From: Callorhinchus milii
Lineage: Eukaryota
Reading direction: 5' to 3'
NCBI RefSeq assembly: GCF_018977255.1
Contig: NW_024704764.1
Span: 9,052,001-9,116,000 of the forward strand
Length of the DNA stretch: 64,000 bases
A program made the translations under genes and the position numbers. Positions within the stretch are counted from its first letter, which is position 1. Each line of letters opens with the position of its first letter. Shown in pieces: positions 37,301 through 50,200 of this stretch. A model generated the notes under the pieces. That model did not search any database. It saw nothing but the letters and a program-made list of their open reading frames with translations, and was not told the origin of the DNA.

Positions 37301-38228
37301 ACTGACGCAGACCGTTACCAGCTGCGACCGGTGCAGTTTGTACCTGAATATCAGCCGATCTTTTTTAATCTTCACGTCGACCTCTTTGCTGTCTTCCACC
37401 AGAAACTCGACAAACACGTAGTTTTTGCGGTCGTACCACTGGGTTTTCGCCGGCTGCCTGTGGTCGTACGCCGCCGAGGGTTTCCTGCAAATAAAAATAA
37501 AGAGAGAGAAGAAAGGGGACGTTTAAAATAAGGCAAACCTCAGGCGATCCTTGTTTTAGGCTTCGAAGCAAACTTCAAACCGATGCTTTTATATATATAC
37601 GTATACATATATAAAAAAAAACTTCCAGAACTTCTCACAACTGTAAGAGCTTTGGCCTCGTCGTCAGTGAAAGCCGTTGCCTTGAAATTTTAAACCTAAA
37701 ATGACTAAAATAATCCGAATAATCCTCATCGTCGTCGTCATAATAATCCGTGAGTTCGCCGCAGCGCTTTTCACCTCTCCGGAGGACGTTCCCGAAGCGC
37801 GCCACGGGATTCGCCGTGAAGCGTAGTGACTGTGAAAGTTGTAGCTGAACGATTGAGATAAGTGAACGAGACATTTTATTTCGTCTTAAACCTGCCGTAA
37901 AAAGGGGGGGGAGGAATTCTCTCAACAATCCCATTGGAATTAAAATCTCCTGAGCAACCCCCACCACCCCCCCCCCCAACCCCACCCACTGTCAGTCAAA
38001 GCCCAGGATGGGGGTGAGAAGGGCTCACATAAGCTTTAAACTACACCCCCATTTGCGAGGGGCCACTTTTATTTAAACCAACATCAGTCACTCAAGCCTC
38101 AATGGTGTCTGTTTCTATTGCATCAACCTCCCATTAAATTAGAACACAGCCCTCCCAGTAACATCTATATATATAATATATATATATGTATAAAAATACC
38201 TGCAAGCTCCTTCTTCCCCATTGGGCAT
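34360..38228 (-). CDS. PTGES3L: p23-like CS-domain Hsp90 co-chaperone PTGES3L, 7 coding exons
   Basis: Exons 38228-38200, 37484-37344, 36901-36835, 36380-36282, (5' end in N-gap) 35462-35379, 35003-34950, 34368-34360 (stop). Has QPAKTQWYDR, WPRLTKEK, WLMVNFDNWRDW and PPPSMDDLDDD*. Lies directly upstream of AARSD1 as in mammals. The first exon is less certain. Confidence 0.9.
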
Positions 38229-38379
38229 GGTTGAGTCCCAGAGCGAGAGAGAGAGAGAGAGGAGAGAGAGAAAGAAAGAAAAAAAGAGAGGAAAAAAAGA
38301 AGAAAACTGGAAGGGAAAAGAAAGTTTTCAGCCGAAGGTTTCAACCAAGTTTACAAACGTTTAGGAAACAGTCGCGCAT

Positions 38380-38525
38380 AAGGCAGTTGCTGCCTTGTAA
38401 AAGCAGGTCCCTGGTGTCTATATTTAGTTTGCCCATTTTTGGAAGGGTTTCTGGTCATCCACTTCATCACATGTTCTGCCCTTTGCCAACGTACAATGGT
38501 TCCCCTCCGTTAGCACAGCTGTCTC
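38380..38525 (-). promoter_or_regulatory. Muscle-type promoter module of PTGES3L (MEF2, CArG, E-boxes)
   Basis: CTATATTTAG 38418-38427, CCATTTTTGG 38433-38442, CAGTTG 38384-38389, CAGCTG 38516-38521; all 150-300 nt upstream of the ATG. Confidence 0.6.
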
Positions 38526-39739
38526 ACACCACAGGCTATTGGCCACGGAGGCCGTCTCTCACACCAACTTACCCCCCCCCCCCCCCCCCCACACACAGAA
38601 GTTTCTGCCAAACTTTTTTTTTGGAGAGAAGAGTTCCAGACGTTTCCAGAAATGTCACCGAGCCTCTGAGACGTGGAGCCGAACGACGCTTCCGAAAGTG
38701 GATAATAATAATAATAATAATCCTGGCATTTGACACAGCGCCTAATCACGTCTTCGAGGCGTCTCAAAGCGCTTCGCAGAACGCGCGCTGCGAAAGGGTG
38801 GTGACTGTATATTTCGTGGGTGGAACCCGGCAGCCAATCGCGCGCAGCAGCGTCCCCCGCAAACACTCGCGGATCGAGCGATCAAATTGCTATTATTTCA
38901 CATCTTCGCGACGTCTCGAAGCGCTTCACAGAATATACTGTAAAGTTAATCGACTGTGTACTACGTGGGTGAAAGCTTTGAAATGTAGTGACTGTTGTGG
39001 TGAGCAACCCTGTAGTTAACGTGTGAAAAACAAGCCACAGAGCAGAACAGCCAATTAATATCCATTTCTTTTTGGGGGGGGGTGGGGGGTGACTTTGTGG
39101 AGTTTGGCCAGGAACTCACGATAATTCCCTCTCTTCCATGTGTTACCCTGGGAACGTTGCCAGGAAGTTCAGGGTTTCACGTCTCACTCCGTGATCCATT
39201 GGGCGTCGGGTTGGAATCTGGTTGTGTGCGCAAATCGAACCGATTCCCAGCGACTGAGCCACGGGAGAGATTGCGAGCGTGTTGGTGTTTAGAAATAATA
39301 GTGACTGGAGCTCTCTGCTCTAATCCCATTCCCTGCTCTCTCTCCCCGTCGCGGCTGTGCTGGTGCTCGCTTCCCCCCACCACTGGAGCTCTCTGCTCTA
39401 ATCCCATCCCCCTCCTCTCTCCCCATCGGACCCGGGTAAGAATTTCCCCGTACTGCAAACTTTGCGAGACGAGCAGCGAGCGAAGAGGTGGGGAAAAAAA
39501 AACAAATGACATTTACACATCGCCTTTCACGTCGGGAGGACGTCCCAAGGCGCTGGACAGTCAGGGGTTAGGATCAGGAGGGGGGGGGGGTTGGATGGCA
39601 GGGAGTGGGGGTAGGAGGGTGACCGAAGGCGCAGTCGAAGAAGAGGAGGGTCTCGAGACGAGAAAAGTTAAAAAAAAAAGCAGGAGGAGGTAAGGTGTTG
39701 TTCTTAGAGAGAGAGAAAAAAAATCGAAACAGGTAAAGT

Positions 39740-39745
39740 TTTATT
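39740..39745 (-). terminator. Putative polyadenylation signal of the CERS-like gene (AATAAA)
   Basis: tttatt on + strand about 390 nt past the stop, after a U-rich 3'UTR. Confidence 0.5.
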
Positions 39746-40131
39746 TGCAGAAGTCAAAAGGAAGAAAAAGGTTTCCAGCAAAGCAGGTCCAAAAAAAAAA
39801 ATCCTTAATTGTTCTTTGGGAGAGTTTTAATTACAGTGTAATATTCCGCCCTAGAAAAAAAAAATCTTATTTTAATTTGTTTTGATCAGGTATATAAACA
39901 GTCCAATGTACATTTCCTTTTTTTGTCCAAACGAACACGTTACAAAATAAACATCCTAATGAGCAAATGCGATCTTGACCGTCTCTCTCTCTCTCTCTCG
40001 CTCTCTCTCTCTCGCGCTTTTTTTTTGTAAAAAAAAAAGCCTCTTGTTTTCTTTTTGTTTAAGACACACTTGAATCCTGAGAAGTACTTGGTTCCATCGA
40101 GTCACTGCGCTAAAAAAAAAAACAAGGACCG

Positions 40132-43100
40132 TCACTGTGTTTTCCGTGCGTCCGGTTGATCTTCTTCCTCTGAGCTGCTGTCTACATCACTTCGGTCATC
40201 TTTGGACACCTGAGAGAGAGAGAAAGAGAGAGAGAGAGAGGGAGAGAGAGCGTCACCTTCTCGTATTTGCATGAGAAATATTTGCAACCGTTCGGGCTTG
40301 GCCCCAGCGCAGCGATTACGCTCAACGAACTGGGCCGACGGGTGTGGTTAACAAAACGTCTCGTTAATGAACGGTAACCGTAACAATCCTGGCGTTTGAT
40401 ACGGCGCCTGGTCACGTCGTCGAGACGTCTCAGAGCGCGTGACGGGATGCGCGGGGAAGTGCAGTGACCGTGCATTGCTGAGGGCGAAGTGCTGCACTGG
40501 AGAGTCACCTTAGACCACGTGGTTAGTAAAAATAAACTAATAATAATACTAATACTAATAATAATCTGCAGGTTTGGGTGAGGCGGGAGGAAATCTGGAG
40601 GTGCTTGGAAGGATTTTGCCGCGAGGTGTAGTGACCGCGTGAGTTTTGGCGGGCGTGTGACCCAGAGAGAGAGAGCGAGAGAGAGAGAGAGCGAGAGGTG
40701 TGGAGAGCGCGGGCTGCACCTTTCCCTTGTGAAACGCTTTGAAGACCATTCGGATGATGAGGTAGGACCAGTAGATGTGCATGACCTGGAGGGTGAGCAG
40801 CAGCAAGTTGATGAAGCCCCAGATCCTGAAGGGCCCGATGATCTCCCAGCTCTCGTAGAACACCGACCTGACACTCCTGGAACGTAGAGAGAGAGAGAGC
40901 GTGTCACGGAGACAGACGTGTGTGGGGGGGGGGGGGGGGGGGGGAAGGTGCGGCGATGGGGGTGGGGGGCAGATTCAAAATGCCGCTTCAAACGCTTGCA
41001 ATCACTCGCTTCAAAGCTCTGCTCAAGACCCTCCTCTTCGATCGTACCTTTGGGCACCCTCCTAACCCCCCCCACCCCCACCCTCCCTGCCCCTCCACCC
41101 CTCCTGATCCTAACCACCAGATCAGGAGCAATGTCCAGCGCCTCGGGATGTCCTCCCAACGTGAAAGGCGCTCTATCAATGGAATCTTGTTGTTGTTGTT
41201 GCTTTGCCAACAGGCCTCGTGGATCCCTCTGACTGTAACCTGTTGGGTGGGGTGGGGGGGTGGGGGGGGGTTGGGAGAGCCTGGCTTTTTTTTGACCCGA
41301 CAGCTAGAATTGTCACACGCGCTGCCTCAAAGTGGGGGGGGGGGGTTAGGGGGGGAAGGTCCTCTTGCCCTCGCTGCGCGACCACACGAGGACGGACTCA
41401 CTTGATGGGATAGATTATCAGCCGGGTCACGATGAACACCACGGCGAACAGCAGGAAGAACGTATTACACAGCCTCTGCCACTTGGCGTAGTTTGCCATT
41501 TTAGCGAGCTGCAGAGATAAGGAGGAGAGGGGTTAGCGGGGTGGGGGGGGGGGGGGTGGGGGAGAAGGAGTGGGGGGGAGGGTTTGGAGAGAAGGAGGAG
41601 GTGGGGGTGGGGGCAGTCTATTTTTTCCGACTCGTGGTTACACCTCGATGTTTCTCTCAAAGACGTGATGAGGCGCTATGTCAAGTGCAAGGATAATTAT
41701 TAGTAGTAGTAGTATTATTATCGAAGCGACCGTGTATTTTTGTGGCCAGTTGACGAGCGGATTGACAGTCGACAAGCCCCCCCCACCCCAATACCCCCCC
41801 TCTCCCCCCCCCCCCCCCCTCTCTCCTCCAACACACACCCCCGCCCCACTTAGGCTCCGCGCTCACCTCTAAGAAGATGTCAGCCGCGTCGTGCAGGAGA
41901 AGGACAATGGCCCCGGCTCGAATCATATTGGCCACGTACGCGATGGTGAGCAGCAGGATGGTCACGTGGTGGTGGATGCACATCACCACAAAGTCCTGAA
42001 GAAGACGCCGCCGCCGTCAAAAAATAACCGTTATATTGGGGTCCTCCCCCACCCCGCACCATCCCTCCACCCTGAAACGCCCTCCCCCGCCCTGACCGCC
42101 CCCACCCTCCCATTTTACCAAACGTTTGGGATGGACGTTGAAGATCCCGCAATTTTTACCGGGGAAAGAATAAGATACGGGAGGAGGGAGGAGGGGAGAG
42201 GTTCAGGGGACGACGATAAAATGTCGGTAACCTGGGGGGCAATACAAAACAGCCTCAACCCCCCCACTCCCCCCCCCCCCCCACACCACCACCCCGACGT
42301 CACAAACGTCTCCTGTCGGGACTGGCCCGGTCCGCGCGGGAGGGAGGCCAACGGCGGCAGCGGGAGCCGGTCTTACCTTCCTTTTCACGTCGAAAAACTG
42401 GGAGAAGATCAGAGACCCGTAGAAGCCGAACTCCGTCATGTAATGGATGTAGATTTCAAGTGAGAGTTCCTGCAAAGGGAGGGCAGGGTTCACCCAGACC
42501 GCCCCCTTCCTTCTTCTCTTTAACTGCGCCTTTGGCCAGGTAGCCCTATTTGCTCCCCTTCCCTCCCCCCCCTCCACCCCCCAGCCCCAACGCCCCCACC
42601 CAGCTCAGCCACTCCCTCCATCCCAGGAAAGTACTTTGAAAACCAGCCCCGTGTAGTGCCAACTGATCCCACATCCTCCCCGGAAGCGAACGCGCTACTA
42701 CCCGTTAAAGCTGATCTTTCCGATGATTCTTCCAACGCGCAGTAAAACCCACGGCCACCACACTCGACAGTTAAAACCCTCCGACGCCGCTGACGCGAAA
42801 GCCGCCGCAGCGGACGCAAAGGGTCATTATCGTCCATTGACAATAACGGGAACAACAAATGATTAGTAAAAACACTTTCCGACCGACCGCGAGGATTTTT
42901 TTTAGAAAAAAAAAATCGCATAACTTTCTGGTGTTTTTTTTTCAAAATAAAGTCGAGGTAGTGAAAGAATTCTTACGTGAAAGGGGTACTTGTTCCAACA
43001 TTCCCTGGAATCCCAAAGCCAGGGACTCTGCGAGAGGAGAGGAAATACACACGGAATTAATATTTCCAAACGGATTTAACTTTTTTTTTAATATAGTTAC

Positions 43101-46100
43101 CATCCCAGTCCAACCCCCAAACCAGCAGATTTCTATCCAGCTATTTTTTTTTTGGGGGGGTGCGGTGGGGCGGGCGGGGGATTTAATATTTTCTTTAAAA
43201 AACTTTCTGTCATTTAAATGGAGGAACTGTAGCGCAGCAGTTAGAAGCACTCGCCTCGCGAGCGAGCGAGGGTGGCACCTCGGGGAGAGGTCATCAAACT
43301 GGGAAAATGTTACCGGTGGAGTTCCACAAGGACCTGTTTTGGGACCACTTCTGTTTAATGTTTTTCAGGAAGGACCGGGGACCAGGACGGTGGCTAAGTT
43401 GGCGGATGACTCCGAGCCCACGAGGGTGGGAGGTTGCGGAGCTGGCCGGGGTAGGTGGCAGGAGGACTGGAGCGCGCTTGGGAATTGGGCGGATCAGTGG
43501 CGGACGAAATTCAGCGTGGAGAAATGTTAAGATACTTCACACGGGGACAAAAAAAAAAAATCCTGGAAGGGACTATTTATTTGAATGGAAGGGAAATAAC
43601 GTGTGTGGGAAATGAAAAGCACCTGCGGGGTCCTGATTGACAATAAACTGAAGCTCTCCCAACAATGCTCTGTGTCGGTGAGTAAAGCAAACCAGACGTT
43701 GGGATGCACCAACAGGTCAATAGCAGCCGAAATAGTGGGGTCGTCCTGCCACTGTACACATCATTGGCGAGACCGTACTTAAGAGTCCTTGCGTGCAGTT
43801 CTGGTCGCCGCAGGACAGAAGGCGTATCGGAGAAATCGAGAAGATACAGAGGAGGGCAACCAAAACGACTGAGGGAATGGAGGGGACTGGACTACGAGGA
43901 GCAAACTAAGTAAATTGTGTCTGTTCGCGCTGGAAAAGAGCAGATTGAGAGGCGACATGATTCTAAAGGGACAAAGTAATAGAGATCGGGACCGGCTGTT
44001 CCAACTTGTCCAGAACGGCAGAGCCGGAGGGCACGGCCCGCGATTGAATGCAGAACGAATCTACGCAAACGCTACGTCAGTGGGCGAACAGCGGACCTGT
44101 GGAACAGGCTCCCGAGGGAGACGTCGATTCTTTCCAACGCAGGTTAGATTTCTTTTAGGAAGTAACATTATGGGATGTAGCACGTGGGGAGTTTGGGGCA
44201 CGTGTACTTGCGACCGCCAGGAAGGCGAACGAGATGGTCCTTGGGTCCAGCATTTCTTTTGCTCTTATGGCCATCGATTCCCGGGCGGGGTGAAACCTTA
44301 GGCAAATTTCCTTACTCCACACAAACTTGCCCAACATTTCGCCCGGCCAGGATTAGAACTCTCTCACGTGTGAGGCGAGCGCTCCAACCACTGAGCTACA
44401 AATGCAAGGATTCTTTGAAATAATCAGAACAATAAGAACAATTATTATTTAGCGTTAGCTTTCCTTTCGGGGAATCGTGTGGAGTTTAGGGGCAATTCGC
44501 GCAGGTTTGGGATGATTTCCTGTTGTTCTTCCTCACCCGCTCAACCCCCCCCCCCCCCACTCCCGCCCGCCCCCACCCCCACCGCGTGTGCGCAGGTGCC
44601 ACGAGGTGATAATTGTAATAGTTGTGCAACCTGAATTCAGTGGAATTGTTTGCTAACCTTTGACAGGTAATAAAAGCCAAACACAAAGGCCCAGAGGTAG
44701 AACGCAAACTTCCACCTGAAAAGAGAGGAGATCAGAGCTTTGGTACACACGGCAACGAGCCTGTAGACAGCTCGGGTTACATACCAAAACTACCCCACCA
44801 CCGCCGCCGCCACCAACAACAACAACGTGAATTTACAAAGCAGCGTCCCAGAGTGCTTGGTAGTGACGGAGCTCGACACTGGGGAGGGTGGGGAGAGGTC
44901 GAAGAGGAAGGTCTTCAGGCGCAACCTGAAGATGGGGAAGGAAGGAAGGAAGGAAGGAAGGAAGCCAGGAAGCAAGGAAGCAAGCAAGGAAGGGTCAAGG
45001 CAGAGGGATAGTGGGAGGGTGTTTCAGTAACATTACAGGAAGAGGCCATTCAGCCCCTCAAGCCTCCGGTTCAATCTCCTCCATTGTTTTCTGCTCCAAT
45101 CTCAATTCCCTGCTCTTTCCCCACTCCCCGCCATTTGCACCCTTCCTCTTCCCTGGCAAGAGCCAACTCCCCAATCCACCTACAAACGCACAGTCACTGC
45201 ACTTCACAGCAAGCCCCGCGAAGCTCTTGAAGGCATCCTCCCGACGTGAGAGGCACTGTGTCAAACGGGGTCGCGGAGAGCTGAACAATGGGATAGTTTG
45301 AGGCCGAGCCAGAAAGAGAGAGAGAGAAAGATATATATGTAGAGAGAGAGAGAGAGAGAGGTAGGTGTGGGGTGGGGGAGGGAGGGAGGGAGGTGGCTTT
45401 ATCCCCTGTATCTACCAAATGTGGCAGGTGTGTGTGAGAAGTGACACAGGCCAGCAAACAAATTCCACATACAGCTCCTTATTGCAAAGCCTCTCGCAAG
45501 TCTCAGTGAGTCTCAATGGCAGTGGAGCGCCCGACAGTCACCCCCACCCCGCCGACCACTCCCTCCCGCCCCGCTGACCCCCCACACCCCTCCGACCACT
45601 ATGTCAGTGTCAAATTCCTCTTGTCCACGCTGCTTCTCCTATTATTATCCTCCCAACGCCGCCCGCTCTCAGCCACTGACATTGGAGCAGAATTTTTCGT
45701 TAGGTCAGGGTATCAGGGGATGTGGGGCAACGGGGGGGGGGGGGTGGTAATTGGAGTTGAGCTGCAGATCAGCCGTGATCTTACAGAATGGAGGAACAGG
45801 CTTGAGGGGCTAAATGGCCTCCTGTTCCTGTGTTCCTAGAGGAGTGGGCTAAGGCCCATACAGATGGCCCAAGCCAGTCCAGCGGAGGGGGGGGTGAGTG
45901 GGGGGGAGCAAGTCAGAGAGATTGCGAGGTGCTGGGGCATCAAGTGATTTTAGGTGAGCGTGAGGGTCTTGAAATCAATACATCCTGCCACAACAACAAC
46001 AACAACAACAGCAACAAATTACACTTGTATGGCGCCCTTCACGTCAGAGAAACATCCCAGGAAGCCAGTGGCGAAGGCTGGGGTGTTGGGGAGGGTGAGG

Positions 46101-47189
46101 AGTTGGGTGCGGAGTTTGGTGCTGGTGGGGCAGTTTTGAATGAGTTGGAGTTTGTGAATAGCGGATCTGGGAGATGAGTGAGGAGAGGAGGGCATTGGGG
46201 GCTTTATGGAGCTGGAGGAAGACTCAAAAGCGCGTCTCGAAGAAGAGGAGAGGAGAAAGGGAGAGAGGAAGGGAGGGAGGGACAGAGAGAGGAAGGTAGA
46301 GAAGGAGGGTAAGAAGATCTCTTGTTGCTAGTGTGAATTACATGCTCTCGCAGAACTTGGTCAGGAGGCTGGGCCGGTCCTGGTATCTCCGGAGCTTGAA
46401 CCACTGCATCACCTGCCTGGGCTCCCAGTCCAGCTGCTTTGCCAAGTGGCTCAGGTGCTTCTTGCCGGGCTCCTGCAGGGGAAGGAACGAGCACAGACCT
46501 CAGACATCAAGCGTCTCGCTGCAACATCTCTCGCCTGCGCTCAGACCAGGGTTACAAGCCAAACCAGGTAACCCTCGGGGAATCCTGCCAGACGCTGATA
46601 GCTCAGGAGCGCCAGCCCGCCCGCCCGCCCGCCCCACCCCCGCCTTTTACTGATAATAATGATAATAATCCTCGCGTTTCATACAGCGCCTTATCACGTC
46701 TTCGAGGGATGGCCCAAAGCGCTTCACGTGGCGCCCTGTAAAACTGAATCAATTGACTGTGTACTTTGTGAGCGGAACAGTTATGGCAGAAGTCAGTTAT
46801 AAAGAGGTTCATTGTAATGCGTGTTTGCTTGTGGCTTATAGATGGGGGGGGTGGGGGTGGGGAGTGGGGGGGGGTGGGGGGGGGGTGGGGGGGGGGAGAG
46901 AAACTGTGATCCAAGCAAAAAAGTACCCTTTACCCAAAGGTAAAGAAATCTTCTTGGTGGCCGGGGGTGGGGGGGTGCCTACTCCATCCTATCTCCCTCC
47001 CCCCCCCACCCCCCACCCCACCCCCACCCACCGCCCTCTCTGACTCACCGTGGTAATGTCTTTGAAGACTTTCTCCAGTACAATGTTCTGCTGTGCCTTC
47101 TGGATGGGGTTGCAGTTCACTCCCAGTGCCCTGGCAACCGGTGTTGCCACAAACCTGAAGGGGGTGGAGGTGGGGGGGGGGGGTGGGAG

Positions 47190-47221
<32 letters not shown>

Positions 47222-50200
47222 CGACAGTCAACATGGCGGGAGATTGCAAATGGCGCTCACTGTCAAGCGTCCTACGGATTCCGCGGAGAACATCTGTCAA
47301 TTTATTTCTGGTCCCTGCTCTGCCCTCTGTCTCGTGCCCCCAGTCTCCCCCGTTTTGCCACGCAGTTGCCCTACCATACCTCTACCCCCTCCCTCCCCCC
47401 CACTCCCCCCACCTCTCGCTCCATTTTCATCCACCTTCACGTCCCGTCTTAATACAATAACAGCAACAACTTATCGCGTTCACAATATCTTTTCGACAGC
47501 GCCTATGGTCACCTCACCCCCTCCTCACCCCACTCCCCCCCCCAACAACACACAAACTCTGCCCCGCTGATCCCCCCCCACCTCCTCCTCTCCCTCCCAC
47601 CTCCTCCCCCTCCCTCCCCGGCAATGCTAAAGCACTCCGAGACGTTTTCTAGGTAAACGCGGGCTGTGCAGGCACGGGTTGTGTTGATAGCTCGCCAATT
47701 AAGAGATTTTTTTTTTGACGCCCGGAGGTACAGTGANNNNNNNNNNNNNNNNNNNNNNNNNNNNNNNNNNNNNNNNNNNNNNNNNNNNNNNNNNNNNNNN
47801 NNNNNNNNNNNNNNNNNNNNNNNNNNNNNNNNNNNNNNNNNNNNNNNNNNNNNNNNNNNNNNNNNNNNNNNNNNNNNNNNNNNNNNNNNNNNNNNNNNNN
47901 NNNNNNNNNNNNNNNNNNNNNNNNNNNNNNNNNNNNNNNNNNNNNNNNNNNNNNNNNNNNNNNNNNNNNNNATCTCTGGAATGAAGCATAACAGGTAGCT
48001 TTCGCCATAGGGTAGGGCATTTGAATTCTAAATAAGACTCTCTTAATAAGGACTCTCCCCCCTTCTAACCCCCCCCCCCCCCACCCCCACCCCCCCACCC
48101 TCCCCACCCTCCCCACCGAAATTGCCAGCTGAGCACCCGTTAGGGACAGGTAGATCGATCCTTATTAATAATAATACTAATAATAATAATACTCCCGCTA
48201 TTTGATGCAGCGCCTGATCGCGTCTCAGAGCGCTTCGCCGAATGTGCCGTAAAGTGGAGTGACTGTGTGCTTTGCGGCCGAAAGGCGGCAGCCAATTGCC
48301 CCCGGCGACGTCCCGCAAACAGCGGCGGGTCGAGCGACCGAATTATTACTACTGCGAAGGACATTTTTCGAAGGGAAGGGATTGACGCCCCTTCGCTCCT
48401 GACCACACTATAAAGCCCCCCCCCCCCCTCCCACCACCGCCCCCCCAAAAAAACTCTCGCGCGCCCCCCCCCCCCCCCCGACCCTTCTCATAAGACAATA
48501 CCAAGGGAAAACGTTTAAAGCTTTCCCCACAAAGCCGCCCCCAACCCCCTCCCCCCCCTCCCCAAGTCTAAAAATAAATGTGGGCTTTGATTTTTAACCC
48601 TTTCCTCGCGACGTCTGCTGGAAACACATTGCAAATGATTTTTTTTTTGGGGTTGAGTTTTGTTTTAAAATGTGGTGGCGGTGGGTGGGGGGGGGGTGGT
48701 GGGGGTGGTGGGATGGTGGGGGGGGGGGGGGGGGGAGGGAGGAAGAGAGATCAAACACACCCAGACACACAAATCCCAAAGAAATCTGTGTGGGGGCAAG
48801 TGGAATTTGACAGATTATTTAGCTCCCCCTCCTCCCCAGTTAAACCCCCCCCCACCCCCCACCCACCCAATTAAATTGGAGATGACCTGACTGGATATCA
48901 ACAGGGATTAAAGCTTCAAGATATGGTGAGAAATTGGCCATGAGAGAGAGAGAGAGAGAGAGAGAGGTGGTTGGGGGGGGGGGGGGGGTAGGGGTTGACT
49001 CTTTTTTTTTGGGGGGGGGTTCTTCTCTGAGGGTGGGGTTTGGGGGTTGAGGAGGGGTGAATTTCTTCTGTTAAAAGAAATAAGGGGCGTCCTGCTGAAC
49101 TAGGCGTAGCCAATAAAGTTTGCAGTGCAGTGTAGGCGAAAAAAAAGGGAATTTAGCTTTTCTTAAGAATTTGCAATGCTCTGTCTCAGTGTGTGTGTGA
49201 GTGTGTGTGTGTGACACTCTCTGTCTGTGTGTGTGTGTCTTTCTCTGTCTGTCTGTCTGGGAAACTGAAGCTCATCTGTCTGGCTCAGTGTCTTGTGTAT
49301 CTATCTGTACATATGTGTGTGTGACTCACTCTGTCTGTGTGTGTTTGTGTCTTCCTCTCTTAAGTCTACCTCCCAGTCNNNNNNNNNNNNNNNNNNNNNN
49401 NNNNNNNNNNNNNNNNNNNNNNNNNNNNNNNNNNNNNNNNNNNNNNNNNNNNNNNNNNNNNNNNNNNNNNNNNNNNNNNNNNNNNNNNNNNNNNNNNNNN
49501 NNNNNNNNNNNNGTCTGTCTCTCTCTATGTGTGTGTGTGTGTCTCTCTCCCTCTATCAGTCTGTCTCTCTCTATGTGTGTGTGTCTCTCCCTCTCTATCA
49601 GTCTGTCTCTCTCTATGTATGTGTGTGTGTCTCTCCCTCTCTATCTGTCTGTCTCTCTATGTGTGTGTGTCTCTCCCTNNNNNNNNNNNNNNNNNNNNNN
49701 NNNNNNNNNNNNNNNNNNNNNNNNNNNNNNNNNNNNNNNNNNNNNNNNNNNNNNNNNNNNNNNNNNNNNNNNNNNNNNNNNNNNNNNNNNNNNNNNNNNN
49801 NNNNNNNNNNNNNNNNNNNNNNNNNNNNNNNNNNNNNNNNNNNNNNNNNNNNNNNNNNNNNNNNCAGTCTGTCTCTCTATGTGTGTGTGTGTCTCTCCCT
49901 CTCTATCAGTCTGTCTCTCTCTATGTGTGTGTGTGTGTCTCTCCNNNNNNNNNNNNNNNNNNNNNNNNNNNNNNNNNNNNNNNNNNNNNNNNNNNNNNNN
50001 NNNNNNNNNNNNNNNNNNNNNNNNNNNNNNNNNNNNNNNNNNNNNNNNNNNNNNNNNNNNNNNNNNNNNNNNNNNNNNNNNNNNNNNNNNGTCTGTCTCT
50101 CTCTCTATGTGTGTGTGTGTGTCTCTCCCTCTCTATCAGTCTGTCTCTCTCTATGTGTGTGTGTGTGTCTCTCCCTCTCTATCAGTCTGTGTCTCTCTAT

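Noticed and set aside
46342-46472. Homeobox-like exon suggesting a separate transcription factor gene
   Set aside because: It is the Hox-like domain of the ceramide synthase, spliced in frame, and lacks the WFxN DNA-contact Asn.
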